The translations under genes and the position numbers were made by a program. A DNA stretch of 64,000 bases from a virus, in IMG/VR virus record IMGVR_UViG_3300031228_000004, positions 2,320 through 66,319 of that record. One strand, written 5' to 3'. The notes under the pieces were generated by a model. The model was not told where the DNA came from, did no database searches, and worked only from the letters and a program-made list of their open reading frames with translations. Within the stretch, counting starts at the first letter, position 1, and every line of letters starts with the position of its first letter. Positions 59,966-64,000 of the stretch are shown in pieces.

Positions 59966-60273
59966 TCGTCGACCTGTACGACGCCATCGACCGGATGCTG
60001 TGGGCGATCGCCGCGTGGATCGCGATAGGTGCCGCGGTCGCGACTCCGGTGGCGCTGGTCGTGGCGTGGGCCGTCGGGCGGGCCGTGAAGCGGGCGTGGC
60101 GGACGGTGCGGGCCGCATTGGGGGCGGGAGAGCCGCTGTGCGCCCGCCTGGAGCCCGAACAGCCCGAGAGCGTCCCTCGCGACCCCGAAGTGGCACAGCG
60201 GCCCTCAGAGGCGCCGTGGGCGCTCGACCACCACGACACCGGAGAACACCCGAAACCCCCAGTGCCCGTCTGA
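59962..60273 (+). CDS. hypothetical membrane protein
   Basis: GTGA overlap; TM helix. Confidence 0.55.
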   Translation: MIVDLYDAIDRMLWAIAAWIAIGAAVATPVALVVAWAVGRAVKRAWRTVRAALGAGEPLCARLEPEQPESVPRDPEVAQRPSEAPWALDHHDTGEHPKPPVPV

Positions 60274-60361
60274 GTCGTCCTTAGCGCTCCCGACGCCCCG
60301 ACCGCCACACAACCCGCCAACGGCCGCCACAGGCCCCGTACAGCCCCGCGAAGGGACCCCG

Positions 60362-60589
60362 ATGACCGACACCGAACCCGCAGACCGCTGGCAACCCACC
60401 CGACGCCCACGCGGACGAGCCCGCACCCTCACCCCCGAACAGCAAGACCTCGCCGACGACTTGCACATCCGCGCCCTCGCCCTCCGCGCCGCCTCCGAAG
60501 ACGGCCTGTCCATCCGCGAAGCCGTGGCGCTGGCCGCCGTACAACTCGGCCTCGAACCGCCCCGCGACACCGCCGAGGAGCGCTCATGA
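60362..60589 (+). CDS. hypothetical protein
   Basis: GAAGGG RBS. Confidence 0.6.
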   Translation: MTDTEPADRWQPTRRPRGRARTLTPEQQDLADDLHIRALALRAASEDGLSIREAVALAAVQLGLEPPRDTAEERS

Positions 60590-60777
60590 ACCTCCCCTGC
60601 CACAACTGCCGCACCCCCCGGCCCCCGCGCATGTACCTCTGCCGCAACTGCTGGTCCTCGTTGTCGAACGCGGCCCGCCGAGCCCTCAACCGGGCCGACA
60701 ACCACGCCCGCCTCCGCGAACTCCACCACCAACTCGACGCAGGCGTACCCCTCACCGACATCCAGGTGACGCCGTGA
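60586..60777 (+). CDS. small Zn-binding hypothetical protein
   Basis: CHNC...LCRNCW. Confidence 0.6.
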   Translation: MNLPCHNCRTPRPPRMYLCRNCWSSLSNAARRALNRADNHARLRELHHQLDAGVPLTDIQVTP

Positions 60778-61103
60778 CAGACACCCGCCGTGACGCGACC
60801 TCCCTCGCCGTCGCCAACAACCTCACCGCCCTTCGCAGAGCCCGCGGATGGGGACTCCGCGACGTCTCCGACCGCACCGCCGCCGCAGGCAAACGCGTCG
60901 GCATCAGCTCGCTGTCCCGCATCGAGAACGCACGCGACGGACACCGCCGAGTCGTCGTATCCGTGGACGATCTCGTCGCCCTGGCGGCCGCGTTCGAAGT
61001 GCGCCCCGAGCAGCTCCTCACCTCGTGGGAGCCGAAGTGCACCGCGTGCCTCGACACCCCGCCGCCCGGGTTCGCCTGCCGATCCTGCGGGGCCGAAGCG
61101 TGA
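60774..61103 (+). CDS. XRE HTH protein with C-terminal Zn ribbon
   Basis: LRRARGWGLRDVS...SLSRIEN; CTAC...CRSC. Confidence 0.75.
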   Translation: MTDTRRDATSLAVANNLTALRRARGWGLRDVSDRTAAAGKRVGISSLSRIENARDGHRRVVVSVDDLVALAAAFEVRPEQLLTSWEPKCTACLDTPPPGFACRSCGAEA

Positions 61104-61231
61104 CCGGCGTCGACCTGCTTGCCTTCACCATCCTCGCCTGGCCCGCCATCTGCGGCCTGCTGTACGCCCTCCGCACGGCAGGCCGCGCCCTCTACCACAC
61201 CGCACGCACCCACACCCGGAGCACCCGATGA
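61100..61231 (+). CDS. small membrane peptide
   Basis: GTGA overlap; one TM helix. Confidence 0.45.
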   Translation: MTGVDLLAFTILAWPAICGLLYALRTAGRALYHTARTHTRSTR

Positions 61232-61629
61232 CCACCCCCGCCGACGAACTCCGCACCGCAGCCGACACGCTCCGCAAGCTGACCGGCGCCCTCCCCGCCA
61301 ACGACTGGGGCAACCGGCCCTGGCACGCCGAGGAGTGCAACGACACCGACGACATGTCGTCGTGCCCATGCATCGTCGCGCAGGGCGAGTACCGCGAATT
61401 CGACCAGCCGCAGATCCCGCTGATCCAGTACGTCGCCGACGCCGAGACGCCGGAGTTCGCCGCGTACATCGCCGCCATGCACCCCGGCGTCGGTCTCGCC
61501 CTCGCCGACTGGCTTGAGCTGTTCGCCAACACGGAGTTCGACCCCGCCGCGACCGTCCAGGAGACAGACCGCAGCCACGAGTGCGCCCTCACCGTCGCCC
61601 GCGCAATCAACGGCGGAGGCCAGCCGTGA
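61228..61629 (+). CDS. hypothetical protein
   Basis: MTTPADELRTAA...AAYIAAMHPGVGLALADWL, a recurrent actinophage motif. Confidence 0.7.
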   Translation: MTTPADELRTAADTLRKLTGALPANDWGNRPWHAEECNDTDDMSSCPCIVAQGEYREFDQPQIPLIQYVADAETPEFAAYIAAMHPGVGLALADWLELFANTEFDPAATVQETDRSHECALTVARAINGGGQP

Positions 61630-61826
61630 TCCCGTACCTGATCCTCGCCATCCCCCTCGTCGGATCCGCCGGCTTCACCATCGGCTACCGCATGAACCGG
61701 CCACCCAGCCGCGTGTGGGCGTGCCAGCGCTGCGACGACACCGCCCTCACCGCCGACGAACAAGCCGCGTTCAAAGCCATCGAGAAGTACTTCGACCCCG
61801 ACGACCCCAGGAGCAGCACCGCGTGA
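61626..61826 (+). CDS. small membrane-anchored protein
   Basis: TM helix + CQRC. Confidence 0.55.
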   Translation: MIPYLILAIPLVGSAGFTIGYRMNRPPSRVWACQRCDDTALTADEQAAFKAIEKYFDPDDPRSSTA

Positions 61827-62398
61827 ACCACGAACCCGACGCCCTCGACCGTCGCGCGGCCGAAGCCCAGCCGCGCACTGCACGCACGTTCCGCGAGCAG
61901 GCCGCGCGCGCCGAGGCCGCCATCGCCCGCGTGTGTGCCCTGCACGCCCCTGCCTCCGACTGGTCATGGAAGCCCCTCGGATGCCAGCACGACGGCCAGC
62001 ACAACGCACCCTGCCGAGGCTGCCGCGGCGAATGCTGGCCCTGCCCGACGATCCGCGCCCTCGACGAGCCCGCGCCCGTGTCCGGCCCGGCAGCGACCCA
62101 AACGACCGAACCCGCCTGGACGCCGCCCCCACCCGGCAGCACCCGCGAACAACTCCCCAACCACATCCTCGACATTGCCCGCCCCGACCTGACCGACTAC
62201 CTGTCCACCGCCTGCCAGACAGCCGACACGGTTGCCTGCGCCGCCTGCTACCCCAGGTCCGGCGTCCCCCGCCCGGAGTACGACGAACTCCGCGCGCACG
62301 CCGAACGGCTCCACAACCGGTGCCGGGAAAACCAGAAGTTCACTGGTCAACTTTGCGTCTGCGGATGCCACCCCGACCAGCCGAAGGAACAGTCTTGA
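61823..62398 (+). CDS. Cys/His-rich hypothetical protein
   Basis: CALH...CRGC...WPCPT; YLSTAC...HNRCRENQKFTGQLCVCGCH. Confidence 0.65.
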   Translation: MNHEPDALDRRAAEAQPRTARTFREQAARAEAAIARVCALHAPASDWSWKPLGCQHDGQHNAPCRGCRGECWPCPTIRALDEPAPVSGPAATQTTEPAWTPPPPGSTREQLPNHILDIARPDLTDYLSTACQTADTVACAACYPRSGVPRPEYDELRAHAERLHNRCRENQKFTGQLCVCGCHPDQPKEQS

Positions 62399-62646
62399 AG
62401 ATCGTCCGCCGCTACGGCACCAGCCCCACCGAACGAGGATCCGCCACAGGCCAAAGCTGCCCAGACATCCTGCAACTCGACACCGGCGACTACCTCATCA
62501 TCGGCCGCGTCGCCACCCTCACCGACATCACCGGACCCGACCTCGCAGCCCACGGCGCCAGCGTCGGCGAAGACGAAGCACCCGTCATCGTGCCCTACGA
62601 CGTCGTCATCGCCGCCGCCCGCGACATCACCGAGGGGAACCTGTGA
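62395..62646 (+). CDS. conserved hypothetical protein
   Basis: GAAGGA RBS with TTG; SCPDILQLDTGDYLIIG. Confidence 0.6.
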   Translation: MKIVRRYGTSPTERGSATGQSCPDILQLDTGDYLIIGRVATLTDITGPDLAAHGASVGEDEAPVIVPYDVVIAAARDITEGNL

Positions 62647-62933
62647 CCACCCACCCCCTCACCCCCGGCGACATCATCCACGGCTTCGCCAACGGAGTCT
62701 TCGGCCGCGACCACTACGACTGCGTCCGCATCGAAGCCGTCGGGCCGGACTGGATCGTTGCCCGTGAAGCGCGCGAGGACTTCGGCCCCGATCCGAGCCT
62801 GTCGTTCGCGTCCGGCCGCCGAGAGTTGCAGTTGTGCCAGCAGGCCCGGGACGAGCCGCGTCACGACGAGGGCCGAGACTGCCCGTTCGCGGACGATGGG
62901 CCACCGTTGACGACGTGGAAACGCCCGGCTTGA
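62643..62933 (+). CDS. hypothetical protein
   Basis: GDIIHGFANGVFGRDHYDCVRIEAVGPDWIVAR. Confidence 0.65.
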   Translation: MTTHPLTPGDIIHGFANGVFGRDHYDCVRIEAVGPDWIVAREAREDFGPDPSLSFASGRRELQLCQQARDEPRHDEGRDCPFADDGPPLTTWKRPA

Positions 62934-63007
62934 CGTGCGTGCCATCCTGGACCACGGCAACACGCGATGCCGGAACCTCGCGGTCAAGGGTCACAGACTC
63001 CGCGTAG

Positions 63008-63039
63008 AACGCCCGCCCTACTCCACCAGGGCGGGCGTT
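63008..63039. terminator. hairpin at convergence of early operons
   Basis: 12-bp perfect stem AACGCCCGCCCT/AGGGCGGGCGTT. Confidence 0.7.
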
Positions 63040-63191
63040 CGCACGTCCAGACAGCAGACGGCCCGCCATCCCGTACCCCTGGGAAAGGCGGGCCGAGTGC
63101 CCCAAGGTGCGCCCCCTTGCGGGGAACCACGACCGTACGCCCACACCACACCCGACGAAAGACCCCCGAACGGGTGAACGCGGACAGCAAC

Positions 63192-63220
63192 AAGCCCCAG
63201 CCGGGACACGACTGGGGCTT
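63192..63220 (-). terminator. terminator for leftward operon
   Basis: AAGCCCCAG/CTGGGGCTT stem just past the 63233 stop. Confidence 0.6.
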
Positions 63221-63232
63221 CGTCACGCGCGG

Positions 63233-63667
63233 CTACTCGCTCGGCTGCCACTCCTCCCGGAAACCGGGCCGATCCTCGTACGGCAGCGCGAGCGCCCGGA
63301 GGATCGGGTTGACCGCGTCCAGAATCTCCCCGAGACACGGATACGGATGCTTCGGCTGGTCGATGGCTTCCTGGTTGAGCTTCTCGTTCCAGTACGCGCA
63401 CTCGTCGAGGACGCGCCGCTTCGCTTCGATCTCGCGCAGGACACGCGCCGGATCATGCGCCGCGATGTGCACGGCGAGGTCCCGCGCCGCAGGCGTCCGC
63501 TCCATACGGGCAATCTTCACGACGGACCAGAAGCTCCGAGCCGTGTCACCCTCTCGATCGTCACCGACCGCATCCCACTCGTCGTATGGCTGGCGGTCAG
63601 TCGTGGCCCGCGCGATCCGTTCGTCCTCGTCGAGCTGGTCGCGTAGCCACTGCACGAGATCATCCAC
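63233..63667 (-). CDS. DUF6221-like protein
   Basis: VQWLRDQLDEDERIARA...HDPARVLREIEAKRR...LALPY.DRPGFREEW.P. Confidence 0.8.
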   Translation of the reverse strand: MDDLVQWLRDQLDEDERIARATTDRQPYDEWDAVGDDREGDTARSFWSVVKIARMERTPAARDLAVHIAAHDPARVLREIEAKRRVLDECAYWNEKLNQEAIDQPKHPYPCLGEILDAVNPILRALALPYEDRPGFREEWQPSE

Positions 63668-63845
63668 GCCGCTCACTCCTCCGCCGCAACTTCGCCCACC
63701 AGCCCGCACGCGCTCGACGCTCCGACCGCCACACATGCCGCCACGCCTCACGCCGGACCATCGCGAAATACGTCTCTCTGTCCAGCTCGCCGCGCATCCA
63801 CGCACGACCAGCAGCCGTCATCTCGTCATCGGCCACCGCGATCAC
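63660..63845 (-). CDS. small basic hypothetical protein
   Basis: Overlap chain on the minus strand. Confidence 0.55.
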   Translation of the reverse strand: MIAVADDEMTAAGRAWMRGELDRETYFAMVRREAWRHVWRSERRARAGWWAKLRRRSERRG

Positions 63846-64000
63846 CCCTCCGGCTCCGGCGATACCTCGTCGGCCTGACGACGGAACCGGTGGGCCAGCG
63901 CCTTGTAGATGTCGCTGTGGCGGCCCGTCGCGTTGGGGTGCGCGTCGATGCCTTCGATCTCGTCGGCCACCTCACGCAGCACGGATGTCCGGTAGGCGTC
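63842..64000 (-). CDS. 3' end of hypothetical protein (truncated by window)
   Basis: DAYRTSVLREVADEIEG...EPEG*; TGA overlaps the next start. Confidence 0.55.
   Translation of the reverse strand, partial: DAYRTSVLREVADEIEGIDAHPNATGRHSDIYKALAHRFRRQADEVSPEPEG

Noticed and set aside
1-64000. CRISPR array, rRNA, IS transposase, serine integrase, group I/II intron
   Set aside because: No regularly spaced repeats, rRNA-like segments, DDE or serine recombinase motifs, or RT seen by eye.

Overview
The whole window is one high-GC temperate siphophage genome segment, most likely from a Streptomyces phage. No host chromosomal genes were recognised. Left to right: small accessory genes and two lipoproteins (1-4.7 kb); the terminase small subunit; a 6-kb nucleotide-sugar, glycosyltransferase and methyltransferase cassette between terS and terL; terL, a DUF1360-like CxxC membrane protein and portal; a 2H-phosphoesterase/MuF/protease fusion; a capsid with a GGWCAPS motif (recalled as mycobacteriophage cluster B-like); tail genes including an SGNH-hydrolase virion protein and a -1 frameshifted chaperone; lysis genes followed by another glycosyltransferase; a WhiB/HTH/XRE accessory block; an intact attP (3' half of tRNA-Arg(UCU)) beside a tyrosine integrase; a repressor/Cro switch; and recombination (RecT-like, DnaQ-like, RuvC-like), WhiB, replication (initiator plus DnaC-like ATPase) and many small early genes. 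The main candidate novelties are: (1) a probable virion-glycosylation pathway with its own dTDP-sugar enzymes; (2) a repeated late-promoter motif, CCGGAATGATC-N16/17-nACnnT, mostly feeding leaderless starts, which links that cassette to morphogenesis; (3) a 2H phosphoesterase fused to MuF and the prohead protease, with a nested internal gene; and (4) Cys-rich shell proteins co-encoded with a membrane CxxC protein. All family assignments come from motif recognition by eye; no database search was run.
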